Assembly: GCA_041942055.1 (NCBI GenBank)
Contig: CP145874.1
Coordinates: forward strand, 120,001-152,000
Length of the DNA: 32,000 nt
Reading direction: 5' to 3'
Source: Candidatus Saccharimonadota bacterium
Lineage (GTDB): Bacteria > Pseudomonadota > Gammaproteobacteria > Enterobacterales > Enterobacteriaceae
Position numbers and translations under genes: made by a program. Under the pieces are notes generated by a model that was given only the letters and a program-made list of their open reading frames with translations, was not told the origin of the DNA and made no database searches. Position 1 is the first letter of the stretch. Each line of letters starts with the position of its first letter. Shown here one piece after another: positions 9,741-19,932 of the stretch.

Positions 9741-10532
9741 TTATATATGTGTTATAATACGTGGTAGATTTTCATCTTTTCGTAAGGTTAAAATTTCACA
9801 ACCATTGTCAGTTACTAAAACTGTATGTTCATATTGTGCAGAAAGACTATGATCTTCAGTTTTAACTGTCCAACCATCTTTCATATTACAAACTCTATAA
9901 CTTCCTGCGTTAACCATAGGTTCTACAGTAAAGATCATTCCCGATTGGAGAATAATACCATTATCATATGCATCATAATGCAGTATTTGAGGTTCTTCGT
10001 GAAAATTTTTACCAATTCCATGACCACAATAATCACGTACAACAGAAAAATTATAAGACTCAACATATTTTTGTATTTTACGACCTAAACTTCTTAATCG
10101 AATACCTGGTTTTATAATTTGTAAAGCTAAATAAAGGCTATTTTGTGTAATTTGACATAATTTTTCTGCATTACGAGTAGTATTACCAACCAGGAACATT
10201 TTAGATGTATCACCATGATAATTATCTTTAACTACTGTTACATCTATATTAACAATATCTCCCGATTTAAGTATTTCTTGGTCATTGGGTATACCGTGAC
10301 AAACAACATCATTCACTGAAATACAAATGGATTTAGGAAAACCCCGATAGCCTAAACAGGCTGAGATAGCATGTTGTTTATTGGTAATATAATCATGACA
10401 GATATAATCTAATTGGCTGGTAGTTATTCCAGCTTTTACATATGGGGTAATCATTTCTAATACTTCAGCAGCCAGATGGCTAGCTACACGAATTTTTTTT
10501 ATTTCCTCGATTTTTTTTATAATTATGTTCAT
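9741..10532 (-). CDS. map: Methionine aminopeptidase type I
   Basis: 263 aa versus 264 aa in E. coli. Motifs seen: VCHGIPN, GDIVNIDVTV, YHGDTSKMF, YCGHGIG, FTVEPM, SAQYEHTVLVT. It is divergent from rpsB, as in E. coli. Confidence 0.95.
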   Translation of the reverse strand: MNIIIKKIEEIKKIRVASHLAAEVLEMITPYVKAGITTSQLDYICHDYITNKQHAISACLGYRGFPKSICISVNDVVCHGIPNDQEILKSGDIVNIDVTVVKDNYHGDTSKMFLVGNTTRNAEKLCQITQNSLYLALQIIKPGIRLRSLGRKIQKYVESYNFSVVRDYCGHGIGKNFHEEPQILHYDAYDNGIILQSGMIFTVEPMVNAGSYRVCNMKDGWTVKTEDHSLSAQYEHTVLVTDNGCEILTLRKDENLPRIITHI

Positions 10533-10677
10533 TATCTATAATTACAATTTATTATATTCAGTTATAGTAACATTATTATTTTCATTTTAATAGTAATAAT
10601 ATTTATATACCCCACAAAAAAATCTCAAAGATCTCTATCGGAATATTATTGAGAGTTATTAGTCTCTATGTATAATT

Positions 10678-10688
10678 TGTGTTATAAA
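10678..10688 (+). promoter_or_regulatory. Candidate extended -10 promoter element for rpsB-tsf (TGTGTTATAAA)
   Basis: TGTGTTATAAA differs by one base from the extended -10 I recall for the E. coli rpsB promoter (TGTGGTATAAA). It lies 46 nt upstream of the rpsB ATG. A second TGTATAAT sits at 10669..10676. Chance matches are likely in AT-rich DNA. Confidence 0.3.
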
Positions 10689-10733
10689 CATAGATATTAT
10701 ATCTAATCTAGAGGAAAAAGAAGGAATATAAAT

Positions 10734-11456
10734 ATGATAACTCTTTCTATGCGCGACATGATAAAAGCTGGAGTGCATTTTGGACATAAAACTCAATACT
10801 GGAATCCAAAAATGAAATCTTATATTTTTGGAGTACGTAATAAAATTCATATTATCAATCTTGATATGACTATCTTACTTTTCAAAAAAGCTTTAATTGA
10901 GTTACAAAAAATTGCATCTCAAAACGGAAGAATATTATTTGTTGGAACTAAGATGGCTGCTAGTCAACCAATTAAAAAAACCGCCGAAACTTGTAATCAA
11001 TATTTCATTAATCATCGTTGGTTGGGTGGAATGTTAACTAATTGGAAAACTGTTAGACAATCAATAAAAAAGTTAAAAGATTTAGAAATACAAGCTCAAG
11101 ATGGTACTTTTGATAAATTGACAAAAAAAGAAGTACTAATGCGTTCTAGAAAATTAAAAAATCTTGATCAGAGTTTAGGAGGAATTAAAAATATGGGAGG
11201 TTTACCAGATGCTTTATTCATAATTGATGCCAATCATGAAAACATTGCAATTCAAGAAGCTAGAAAACTGGGAATTACTATATTTTCTATTGTTGATACT
11301 AATTCTGATCCTGATGGCATTAATTTTGTTATTCCAGGTAATGATGATGCTATACGCGCGATTAAACTCTATTTAAAGAGTGTTGCTAAAGTTATTCATC
11401 CACAGTTAGATACGAATGATTTTAAGTTTGAAGTAACAGAATCAGTAGTATTATAG
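10734..11456 (+). CDS. rpsB: 30S ribosomal protein S2
   Basis: 240 aa. [48 protein letters not shown] and [23 protein letters not shown] are near-identical to recalled E. coli S2. Confidence 0.97.
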   Translation: MITLSMRDMIKAGVHFGHKTQYWNPKMKSYIFGVRNKIHIINLDMTILLFKKALIELQKIASQNGRILFVGTKMAASQPIKKTAETCNQYFINHRWLGGMLTNWKTVRQSIKKLKDLEIQAQDGTFDKLTKKEVLMRSRKLKNLDQSLGGIKNMGGLPDALFIIDANHENIAIQEARKLGITIFSIVDTNSDPDGINFVIPGNDDAIRAIKLYLKSVAKVIHPQLDTNDFKFEVTESVVL

Positions 11457-11486
11457 CACATCTTATTTTAATGGAGTTAAATAAAT

Positions 11487-12287
11487 ATGATTAACATTAC
11501 TATAGAAATGGTCAAACAATTAAGAAAAAGGACTGGAGCAGGGGTCATGAGGTGTAAAAATGCATTAATTGAAGCTAATGGAAATCTAGAAGTAGCTATT
11601 GATTATATGCGTAAACAGGGTGATGCAAAATGTGCCAAAAGATTAGATAATCCTACTTTTGAAGGGATTATAATGATAAAGGTTGATAAAAATTACGGTG
11701 CAATGATTGAAATTAACTGTGAAACGGATTTTGTTAGTCAAAATGCAGACTTTAAAAATTTTGCCGATCGTATTATTAATACTGCTGTTTATGATCGCAT
11801 TAAAGATATTGAAATTCTCAAATCTAAATTTAAAGAGGAACAATTAGCATTAATGAATGCTATGCGTGAAAATATTAACATTCGTAGGATTTCAGTAATA
11901 GAAGAAGAGGAAAATGAAATTAGTTATTACTTACATAGAAATCGTATTGGAGTTATCGTTAGTATTTGTCAAGGCACGAACAAGCAATTGGGTAAACATA
12001 TTGCAATGCATATTGCAGCTAGTAAACCTGAATATATTAAACCTGAGTTAATTCCTATAAATATAGTTGAACATGAACGTCAAATTCAGAAAGCTATTGC
12101 AATCAAATCTGGTAAATCTCCTCATATTTTGGAAAAAATTATTGAGGGACGTATAAAAAATGTTTTCAATGAATTAACCTTAATGTGTCAAAAATTTATT
12201 TTTGAACCTACTAAAACCGTAGGACAAGTATTAAAAGAAAATCATACCCACGTGATAACCTTTACCCGTTTTGAAATAGGTGAATAA
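11487..12287 (+). CDS. tsf: Elongation factor Ts (lacks about 19 C-terminal residues relative to E. coli)
   Basis: 266 aa. Motifs seen: [63 protein letters not shown]. It ends at ..FTRFEIGE*. Confidence 0.95.
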   Translation: MINITIEMVKQLRKRTGAGVMRCKNALIEANGNLEVAIDYMRKQGDAKCAKRLDNPTFEGIIMIKVDKNYGAMIEINCETDFVSQNADFKNFADRIINTAVYDRIKDIEILKSKFKEEQLALMNAMRENINIRRISVIEEEENEISYYLHRNRIGVIVSICQGTNKQLGKHIAMHIAASKPEYIKPELIPINIVEHERQIQKAIAIKSGKSPHILEKIIEGRIKNVFNELTLMCQKFIFEPTKTVGQVLKENHTHVITFTRFEIGE

Positions 12288-12306
12288 AATCCATTGTTTT
12301 AAAATC

Positions 12307-12325
12307 TGCTGATATTTTATCAGCA
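12307..12325 (+). terminator. Hairpin between tsf and pyrH (possible attenuating or processing structure; no U-tract)
   Basis: Perfect inverted repeat TGCTGATA-TTT-TATCAGCA, 20 nt after the tsf stop, followed by CTATACTTAAT with no clear T run. Confidence 0.35.
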
Positions 12326-12346
12326 CTATACTTAATAAGATTGATT

Positions 12347-13072
12347 ATGAAAAAATTAGTAAAAAAAAATTATCAACGTATTTTATTAAAAATTAGTGGA
12401 AAATATCTACAAGGTATGAAAAATTTTGGGATTGATCCAAAGATTATTAAACATCTTGTTAAAGAAATTAAAGATATAGTAAATTTATCTGTACAAGTAG
12501 GTATTGTTATTGGTGGTGGAAATATTTTTAGAGGATCTAATTTAATTAAAGTAGGTTTTAATAAAGTTATTTCTGATCAGATAGGTATGTTAGCAACGGT
12601 TATGAATGGTCTTGCTATACAAGATGCATTTCATCGATCGTATGTAAAATCTCGTATAATGTCAGCTGTTCCACTAAACGGAATCTGTGACGTTTATAGT
12701 TGGGCAAAAGCTATTGATTTACTAAAAAATCAATATGTAGTTATTTTTTGCGCCGGAATTGGAAATCCTTTTTTTACAACTGATTCTGCTGCTTGTATAC
12801 GAGGTATAGAAATAAATGCAGATATCATACTCAAAGCAACTAAAGTCGATGGAATATTTTCTAATGATCCTTTAATAGATCAATGTGCAACACTGTATAA
12901 AAAATTAACTTATCAAGAAGTTTTAGATAAAGAGTTAAAAGTAATGGATTTTACAGCTTTTACATTAGCAAGAGATCATCATATTCCTATTCAAGTTTTT
13001 AATGTGAGTAAACTAGGTGCATTACGTAGGATAATTTTTGGAGAAATTGAAGGTACATTAATTACATGTTAA
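12347..13072 (+). CDS. pyrH: Uridylate kinase
   Basis: 241 aa from the ATG at 12347, the same length as E. coli PyrH; the ORF track's TTG at 12341 is less likely. Motifs seen: [64 protein letters not shown]. Confidence 0.93.
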   Translation: MKKLVKKNYQRILLKISGKYLQGMKNFGIDPKIIKHLVKEIKDIVNLSVQVGIVIGGGNIFRGSNLIKVGFNKVISDQIGMLATVMNGLAIQDAFHRSYVKSRIMSAVPLNGICDVYSWAKAIDLLKNQYVVIFCAGIGNPFFTTDSAACIRGIEINADIILKATKVDGIFSNDPLIDQCATLYKKLTYQEVLDKELKVMDFTAFTLARDHHIPIQVFNVSKLGALRRIIFGEIEGTLITC

Positions 13073-13114
13073 ATATTATGATAAACTAAATGGCAACTAC
13101 AGGATCTAATTCAA

Positions 13115-13672
13115 GTGATTAATACTATTAAAAATGATACAGTTGTACGTATGGAACAATGTATAAAGAGTTTTTATGATCATATTAATAAAATTCACAC
13201 TGGACGAGTAACTCCTAGTTTAATTAATTCCATTACGGTACAATATTATGGAATTGCAACTCCATTACGTCAACTGGTTAATATTGTTACTGAAGACTCA
13301 CGAACCTTAACTATGACAGTGTTTGACAGCAAATTAATTCCCGTTATTGAAAAATCAATTTTGTCATCTGATCTTGGAGTTACACCAAATAATATAGGAA
13401 CTAAAATTCGCTTAAGATTTCCTGTATTAAGCGAAGAACGTCGTATTCAATTGAGTAAATTAGTGAAAAAAGAAGCTGAATATGGAAAAATATGTATACG
13501 AAATGTACGACGAGATTTAAATATAGAATTAAAAGAACAGCTGAAAAAAAAATATATCAGTGAAGATGAAGAACATAGAATAGGAGAAAAACTTCAAAAA
13601 GTTACAAATGATTATATTAAAAAAATAGATATTATTCAAAATAAAAAAATCCAAGAGATTTTAGACTTTTAA
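13115..13672 (+). CDS. frr: Ribosome recycling factor
   Basis: 185 aa, the same as E. coli, with a GTG start. Motifs seen: KIHTGRVTPSLINSITVQYYG..TPLRQL, SDLGVTPNN, LSEERR, RNVRRD. Confidence 0.95.
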   Translation: MINTIKNDTVVRMEQCIKSFYDHINKIHTGRVTPSLINSITVQYYGIATPLRQLVNIVTEDSRTLTMTVFDSKLIPVIEKSILSSDLGVTPNNIGTKIRLRFPVLSEERRIQLSKLVKKEAEYGKICIRNVRRDLNIELKEQLKKKYISEDEEHRIGEKLQKVTNDYIKKIDIIQNKKIQEILDF

Positions 13673-13686
13673 ACTATTGAAAAAAA

Positions 13687-14883
13687 ATGAAAAACTTAAC
13701 CATACTTGGTTCTACAGGATCTATAGGTACAAACACATTGAAGATAGTATCTGAACATCCAGATCTATTTCAAGTAAAAGCGCTAGTTGCTGGTTGTAAT
13801 GTTGATATAATGGCTAAACAATGTGCTTTTTTTAAACCCGCTTGGGCTGCTCTATTTGATAAAAGTGCTGCACAGTTGTTGCAAAAGAAATTACAAGAGA
13901 TGAAAGTTTCTACAAAAGTACTGGCAGGAGAAAAAGCTGCATGTGAATTAGCTAGTTTGGATGAAGTAGATCAAGTAATGTCTGCATTAGTAGGTACAGT
14001 TGGCTTAAGACCAACAATGGCTGCTATAAAATCCGGAAAGCAAGTGTTATTGGCAAATAAAGAGTCTTTAGTAACATCTGGTCGTTTTTTTATGGAAGCT
14101 ATATGCAATGAAAAAGTACAGTTATTACCCGTAGATAGTGAACATAATGCAATTTTTCAGAGTTTACCTACAAATATTCAAACACAATTAGGCAAAGCCT
14201 CTTTAAGAAAAAATGGGATTAAAAGCATTATATTAACGGGTTCTGGAGGTCCTTTTCTAAATTTATCTATTTCCGAATTTAATCAAATTACTCCAGAACA
14301 GGCTTGTATACATCCTAACTGGAGAATGGGAAAAAAAATTTCGGTAGATTCAGCAACCATGATGAATAAGGGATTAGAGTATATTGAAGCTCATTGGTTA
14401 TTTAACGCTTCGCATAAACAATTAGAAGTTCTCATTCATCCTCAATCAGTCATTCATTCTATGGTACGATATATTGATGGTAGTGTATTGGCTCAGCTTG
14501 GATATCCGGATATGAAAATACCAATAGCACATACTATGGCATGGCCAAATCGTATAAAAAATGCGGTGATGCAATTAGATTTAACACTAATTAATGAATT
14601 AACTTTTTTCAATCCAGATTTAGAACGTTATCCATGTTTGAAATTAGCTATAGAAGCATGCCAAAAAGGACAACTTGCTTCAATTATATTAAATGCGGCA
14701 AATGAAATGGCTGTTAATGCCTTTCTTACTAAAAAAGTACCTTTTACTGCTATTCCAGCTATAAACAACTCTGCTTTACAAAAGGTTTATTGTCAAGAAC
14801 CTAATAATATAGAAGAAGTCATTGAAGTGGATAAATTAGTACGTCTTAAAATAAAAGAATTATTGCCATCTTTTTATTTATAG
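13687..14883 (+). CDS. dxr: 1-deoxy-D-xylulose 5-phosphate reductoisomerase (MEP pathway)
   Basis: 398 aa, the same as E. coli. Motifs seen: [66 protein letters not shown]. Confidence 0.95.
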   Translation: MKNLTILGSTGSIGTNTLKIVSEHPDLFQVKALVAGCNVDIMAKQCAFFKPAWAALFDKSAAQLLQKKLQEMKVSTKVLAGEKAACELASLDEVDQVMSALVGTVGLRPTMAAIKSGKQVLLANKESLVTSGRFFMEAICNEKVQLLPVDSEHNAIFQSLPTNIQTQLGKASLRKNGIKSIILTGSGGPFLNLSISEFNQITPEQACIHPNWRMGKKISVDSATMMNKGLEYIEAHWLFNASHKQLEVLIHPQSVIHSMVRYIDGSVLAQLGYPDMKIPIAHTMAWPNRIKNAVMQLDLTLINELTFFNPDLERYPCLKLAIEACQKGQLASIILNAANEMAVNAFLTKKVPFTAIPAINNSALQKVYCQEPNNIEEVIEVDKLVRLKIKELLPSFYL

Positions 14884-14961
14884 CTTTTAAAATTAATTTT
14901 CTAATTTTTAGATTATTTATTCACTATATTCTAGCATTAGATCTGAATGTTTGATTTATGT

Positions 14962-15314
14962 ATGAGAATTTTATCAAAAACCATAAAGAAGGAACTTAGT
15001 GTTCGTCATGTAGTAGCTATTATTTATTGGTAAGGTAAGTAGTTTTAATATGCAATTACAAAAAATTCTCGACCCTAATAGAATAGATGAAGATTATTTA
15101 TTAAAATATTTATGTCTTAATAATTTAGCTCCAGTTTATTTTATCATAATAACTGGAGGATAATATCGACTTAGTAATTTTATACTTTGGCAGATAGCGT
15201 ACACTGAATTATATTTTACCGATGTACTTTCTTTAGCCAGATTTTAATGAACATATTTTAAAACAAGTGACAACAGTTTTTACGAAAGGAAAACGTAGAT
15301 TTGGTAGTATCTAA
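14962..15314 (+). pseudogene. uppS: uppS (ispU, undecaprenyl-diphosphate synthase) pseudogene: catalytic N-terminal motif deleted, large internal deletion, stops and a frameshift
   Basis: Block 1 (from the ATG at 14962) reads MRILSKTIKKELSVRHVVAIIYW*GK; recalled E. coli UppS reads ..GCRHVAIIMDGNGRWAKK... Block 2 (from 15050) reads [37 protein letters not shown], versus ..NLQPDQIDEEMLNQHVCMHELAPVDLVIRTGGE... It is followed by [21 protein letters not shown] (versus [26 protein letters not shown]). After a frame break it reads [25 protein letters not shown] (versus WPDFDEQDFEGALNAFANRERRFGG). The remnant is about 350 bp, against about 760 bp for an intact gene. Confidence 0.8.
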
Positions 15315-15427
15315 TCTTAGACTAAAGTTTTCAGAATACCTGAATTATTATATTTTGACTAATATATTAGTTTTTATTATTGGTGGCAAATAAGCTTATT
15401 TATATCAGTTGGTCATTTGAGGACATT

Positions 15428-16807
15428 ATGGTAAATATTTTCCAAGTTATAATAGCATTTATAGCACTGAGTGTTTTAATCATAGTACATGAATACGGAC
15501 ATTTTATTGTTGCTAGACGTTATGGAGTATTTATTGAATGTTTTTCAATTGGCTTTGGTAAAACCTTAATATCATGGTATGACAGTTATGGAACTCGTTA
15601 TATAATATGTCTATTTCCATTTGGTGGATATGTTAAAATGCTAGATAGTTATAGTGACATTATAACTAATTCCCCCTCAAGAAAAAGTTTTAATAATCAA
15701 AGTTTATTACATCGAGTAGCTATCATAAGTGCAGGTCCTCTTGCTAATTTTATTTTAGCTATAATTTGTTATTGGATAATTTTTATACATGGTATAACTA
15801 ATATTAAACCCATTATCTATGAAGTAAAAAAAGGATCAATAGCATTTAAATCTGGAATTACAAATAATATGGAATTAAAATCAATTGCTGATGTGAAAAC
15901 TGATAATTGGGATGATGTACGTATGGCATTACTTACACAAATAGGTAATAGGAATATACCCATAACAATAGCACTTTTTAATCCAGTCTCTCATCAAAAA
16001 ATTGTAAAAAAATTCATTGATTTACATCATTGGCATCTTGATCCTTATATACAAGATCCTATAACTGGATTTGGTATTCATCCTTATCAATCATTGACTG
16101 AATCTATTGTAGATAGAATATATCCAGATTCGATTGCCAGCAAAATTGGTTTACATGCTGGAGATAAGATTTTAAAAGTAAATGGTCAACAATTGAAAAA
16201 TTGGTCAGATCTAATGATATCATTGTGTAATAATTTTAATCAGACTATTCAATTAATGATACAGCGACAATCAAAAACATTCTCCATTGATTTAACTTCT
16301 AATTTTAAACCTCAACTATGGAAGAATGGAAAATGTTTTTTTGGTGCTGTTCCTTCTCATATTCCGCTAGATGATAGATTTAAAAATCAGCAAAAGTATA
16401 ATGCTCTTACTGCTCTTTTAATGGCTGAAAAAAAAACTTGGCAAGTATCTAAATTAACGTTTCGTATCTTGAAACAAGTGATAAGGGGAACATTATCACT
16501 TCATACTCTTAGTGGTCCAATTTCAATTGTACAAGGTGCAATAATATCTGCAAAACACGGTTGGTTAGCATATCTCATGTTCTTAGCTTTAATTAGTATT
16601 AATCTAGGTATGATGAATTTGTTTCCTTTACCTATTTTAGATGGGGGACATCTTTTATTTATTTTACTTGAAATCATTAAAGGACAGTCAATTTCGGACC
16701 AATTGAAAGAAATTAGTTTTAATATTAGTACAATTTTATTAATATTAATTATGACTATTACCATTTTAAATGATTGTTCACACATTTTGTTTAATATCAC
16801 TTACTAA
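15428..16807 (+). CDS. rseP: RIP zinc metalloprotease RseP (site-2 protease)
   Basis: 459 aa from the ATG at 15428. LIIVHEYGHFIVARRYGV (HExxH), FSIGFGK, PFGGYVKM and NLFPLPILDGGHLLF are colinear with recalled E. coli RseP (450 aa). The 16 upstream codons in the ORF track (TTG at 15380) have no counterpart. Confidence 0.9.
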   Translation: MVNIFQVIIAFIALSVLIIVHEYGHFIVARRYGVFIECFSIGFGKTLISWYDSYGTRYIICLFPFGGYVKMLDSYSDIITNSPSRKSFNNQSLLHRVAIISAGPLANFILAIICYWIIFIHGITNIKPIIYEVKKGSIAFKSGITNNMELKSIADVKTDNWDDVRMALLTQIGNRNIPITIALFNPVSHQKIVKKFIDLHHWHLDPYIQDPITGFGIHPYQSLTESIVDRIYPDSIASKIGLHAGDKILKVNGQQLKNWSDLMISLCNNFNQTIQLMIQRQSKTFSIDLTSNFKPQLWKNGKCFFGAVPSHIPLDDRFKNQQKYNALTALLMAEKKTWQVSKLTFRILKQVIRGTLSLHTLSGPISIVQGAIISAKHGWLAYLMFLALISINLGMMNLFPLPILDGGHLLFILLEIIKGQSISDQLKEISFNISTILLILIMTITILNDCSHILFNITY

Positions 16808-16835
16808 ACAAATGATATAAAAAAAGATCTAGTAA

Positions 16836-19304
16836 GTGATAAGATATCAAATGTTATTAAAAATATTTTTAATATTGATATTTTTTTATACTCCAATTTT
16901 TGCAAAAGATAAATTTATAGTACAAAATATTTGTTTTCATGGATTACACCGAATTTCTACAATTACCACTTTAATGAATTTTCCTATCCGTATTGGAGAT
17001 TCTATTTCTAGAGAAGATCTTAAGAATAGTATTCAAGCCTTGTTTAGTACTAATAATTTTGATAATGTACAAATATTACGTAATGCTAATACTTTGATTG
17101 TTCAATTAAAAGAACGTCCTATTATTACTTTTATTAAAGTTTTAGATAATAATATTCTTAATAAAAAAACTATTATTAAATTTTTATCTGAATTAGGTAT
17201 TTATCCGGGTCAAATATTTAATCGAACCCAATTATATTCAATAAAACAAAAAATCCAAAATTATTATTCCTCTCGGGGATACTATAATGCAACTGTAAAA
17301 ATGATAATTTTATCACTACAACACCATGCGGTTGGGATAATAATATCTTTTAAAGAAGGAAAACCAGCAACAATCGAAAATATTAAAATTTTAGGTCATA
17401 AAGCATTCAATTATAGAGAATTAAATCATAATTTTATTCTACATGATAAAAAATTACGTTTAGTTTTGAATCATAATATTTTTGGTAACCCATACAAATA
17501 CCAAAAAATATTTTTATATCAAGATTTAGAAAAATTGCGACAATTCTATTTGTCTCATGGTTATGCAAATTTTAAATTTTTTTCTACTCAAGTGAATTTA
17601 ACACCAAATAAAGAAAAAATTTTTATTACTATAAATCTTTATGAAGGCTTACGTTATAAAATTAAAAAAGTAATTTTTAAAGGTAATTTTATAATTAACC
17701 CAAAAGAAAGGATAAAATTATCTTTTATCAGAGATGAAGAATGGTATAACCTAAAAAAAGTACAACTTTTAGAGAAATGCATCCGAAATCTTCTGCAAAA
17801 TTATGGATATATTTGGCCATCTATACATATCTATGAGATAATTAACAAAGATAATACAATTAATATAATTGTTAATATTAATACAAGACAACGTTATTAT
17901 ATTCATCGAATTTATTTTCAAGGTAATCATCTTACACAAGATACTGTATTACGACGTCAAATGGCTCAAATAGAAGGACAATGGTTTAATGAAGATTTAA
18001 TCGAAAAAGATAAGAATAGACTAGATAATACAGGTTTTTTTAAAACAGTAAGTATAAATGTTGAGCGTGTACCAAAAATATCTAATAGTGTAGATCTAAT
18101 TTACAAATTAAAAGAACAAGAATATAAAGGCAATATAAATGTTGGATTGGGATGGGATGGTGAAAAACATTTAAGTTACCACATTAAGATATTACATCCT
18201 AATTGGTTAGGTACTGCTTATACAATGGCTTTCGGAATTAAAAAAAGTAATGATAGTAGTCATAGTGATATTACGATAATAAATCCACATTTTACTATTA
18301 AAGATTTGAGTATAAGTAAAAGTATTTTTTTTAATAATTTATATAATTTTGATATTTCAAAATATGAACATAAAACTTATGGATGGAATGACGATATAGC
18401 AATACCAATCAATCAACATAATTTTATTAATATAGGTATAGGTTATGCTAATAATGATCTTTCAAATATACAACCCCAAATTAATGTATGGCATTATTTG
18501 CGTCATAAAGGACTAAGTCCTGATTTACTTTCAAAAATAAAATATACTGAAAGTAATTTCAATTTAAAAACGGGGTGGACTTATAACAATCTTAATAAAA
18601 AATTATTTCCTACTTATGGAATTCATAATAAAATTTTAAGTACGATATATATACCATTCCCAAGATCTCTTGTAAATTTTATTAAAAGTTACTATCAAAT
18701 AACTTTAGATTCTATGGGATATATAACCATACCAATTATTAATAATCATAACACCTGGGTTTTTTTAAGCCATGGACATATTGGATATACAAATACTTTT
18801 ATCGAAAAAATAACTCCTTTTTTTGAAAATTTTTATGCAGGAGGTCTCACTTATTTACGTGGTTTTAGTATTAATACTATAGGTACAAGAGCTATTTATT
18901 ACAATTCAATCAATTATTTTTGTAAAAATAAAAAAAAACCTATCTGTCTTTCTAAAGACGGAATAGGAGGAAATCTTATGACTGTTGCCAGTATCGAACT
19001 TCTTACTCCTATAATTAATCCGATTCTTTATCATAGTTCTTTAGGCTCTATGAGAGCCTCAATATTTGTTGATATTGGTACAGTTATACTCGTTAATACT
19101 CATTGGAAAAATCTATTTCAAACAGAAGATAATGATCTTATCAAGAATTATATCAATTTAAATAATATACGCATTTCTACTGGAATAAATTTACGATGGA
19201 TGTCCCCCTTTGGACCAGTAATAGCAGTATATTCTAAGCCTGTTAAAAAAGATCATTTAGATAAAGTGGAATCTTTCCAATTTAGTTTTGGAACTAATTG
19301 GTAA
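16836..19304 (+). CDS. bamA: Outer membrane protein assembly factor BamA
   Basis: 822 aa, colinear with recalled E. coli BamA through the POTRA repeats (FHGLHRIS.., KERPIIT, QGNHLTQDTVLRRQM) and the barrel (NFYAGGLTYLRGF, GGNLMTVASIELLTP, RWMSPFGPV, FQFSFGTNW). The start is either the GTG at 16836 or the ATG at 16851. Signal peptide is ..IFFYTPIFA|KD. Confidence 0.93.
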   Translation: MIRYQMLLKIFLILIFFYTPIFAKDKFIVQNICFHGLHRISTITTLMNFPIRIGDSISREDLKNSIQALFSTNNFDNVQILRNANTLIVQLKERPIITFIKVLDNNILNKKTIIKFLSELGIYPGQIFNRTQLYSIKQKIQNYYSSRGYYNATVKMIILSLQHHAVGIIISFKEGKPATIENIKILGHKAFNYRELNHNFILHDKKLRLVLNHNIFGNPYKYQKIFLYQDLEKLRQFYLSHGYANFKFFSTQVNLTPNKEKIFITINLYEGLRYKIKKVIFKGNFIINPKERIKLSFIRDEEWYNLKKVQLLEKCIRNLLQNYGYIWPSIHIYEIINKDNTINIIVNINTRQRYYIHRIYFQGNHLTQDTVLRRQMAQIEGQWFNEDLIEKDKNRLDNTGFFKTVSINVERVPKISNSVDLIYKLKEQEYKGNINVGLGWDGEKHLSYHIKILHPNWLGTAYTMAFGIKKSNDSSHSDITIINPHFTIKDLSISKSIFFNNLYNFDISKYEHKTYGWNDDIAIPINQHNFINIGIGYANNDLSNIQPQINVWHYLRHKGLSPDLLSKIKYTESNFNLKTGWTYNNLNKKLFPTYGIHNKILSTIYIPFPRSLVNFIKSYYQITLDSMGYITIPIINNHNTWVFLSHGHIGYTNTFIEKITPFFENFYAGGLTYLRGFSINTIGTRAIYYNSINYFCKNKKKPICLSKDGIGGNLMTVASIELLTPIINPILYHSSLGSMRASIFVDIGTVILVNTHWKNLFQTEDNDLIKNYINLNNIRISTGINLRWMSPFGPVIAVYSKPVKKDHLDKVESFQFSFGTNW

Positions 19305-19360
19305 TAAGTTGTAACCCAATATTACATTTTTTATAAAATTAATGCTTAAGGAGTTTTCAA

Positions 19361-19882
19361 GTGAAAAAATTGTTATATGTTACATCCTTTATAATTATAT
19401 GTACTATTGGTTATTTCACTTCAACTGCAGCTCATACTATTACTAATGGTAAATGTGCTGTTGTGAATATGAGAAAAATTTTTCAAAAACTTCCAGAAGT
19501 ACAAGTAATTTCTAAAAAAATAGAAGAAGAATTTAAAAATAGGGCTAATACTATTCAAAATATAGAATTAAATTTACAAAAAAAAATGCAACATTTGCAA
19601 TATGATGGTTTAGGTATGAATAGTATTGAACATACTAAATTAGAACAAGAAATAATCTCAGACCGTCAAAAATTAGCTAATGAGATACAATCCTTCGAAA
19701 ATGATAAACAACATCGTCAAATTGAAGAACAAAATAAACTTATAGTAATGATTAGAGATATAGTAAGAAAAATAGCACGTAATGAAAATTATGAGATTGT
19801 ATTTGATGCAGATGCAATTATTTATGATCATAATTTCAAAGATATGACTGAAAAAGTCATAAAAGATCTTAGATCTAAATAA
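19361..19882 (+). CDS. skp: Periplasmic chaperone Skp (OmpH)
   Basis: 173 aa with a GTG start and a signal-like N-terminus. AVVNMRKIFQKLPEV, EEEFKNRANTIQ and YEIVFDADAIIYDHNFKDMTEKVIKDL parallel recalled E. coli Skp. Its position after bamA also fits. Confidence 0.85.
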   Translation: MKKLLYVTSFIIICTIGYFTSTAAHTITNGKCAVVNMRKIFQKLPEVQVISKKIEEEFKNRANTIQNIELNLQKKMQHLQYDGLGMNSIEHTKLEQEIISDRQKLANEIQSFENDKQHRQIEEQNKLIVMIRDIVRKIARNENYEIVFDADAIIYDHNFKDMTEKVIKDLRSK

Positions 19883-19932
19883 GGTTTTAAAGTAAATTAA
19901 CTGAAAAGGTTTTTCAAATCACTAATTTTTAT

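Noticed and set aside
10659-10850. 63-aa minus-strand ORF spanning the rpsB start and promoter region
   Set aside because: It overlaps the rpsB 5' end in antisense and I recognise no similarity to any protein.
15380-15427. N-terminal extensions suggested by the ORF track: rseP from the TTG at 15380, tgt from the TTG at 8289, pyrH from the TTG at 12341
   Set aside because: The extra residues have no counterpart in the orthologues. Downstream ATGs reproduce the conserved N-termini and lengths.
15315-15430. Possible last codons of cdsA. The frame ends ..LFISVGHLRTLW* and overlaps the rseP ATG; recalled E. coli CdsA ends ..LLLLVFRTL*
   Set aside because: Only a three-residue (RTL) coincidence plus position. 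This is too short to support as a feature. It would need an alignment with cdsA-rseP junctions of close relatives.
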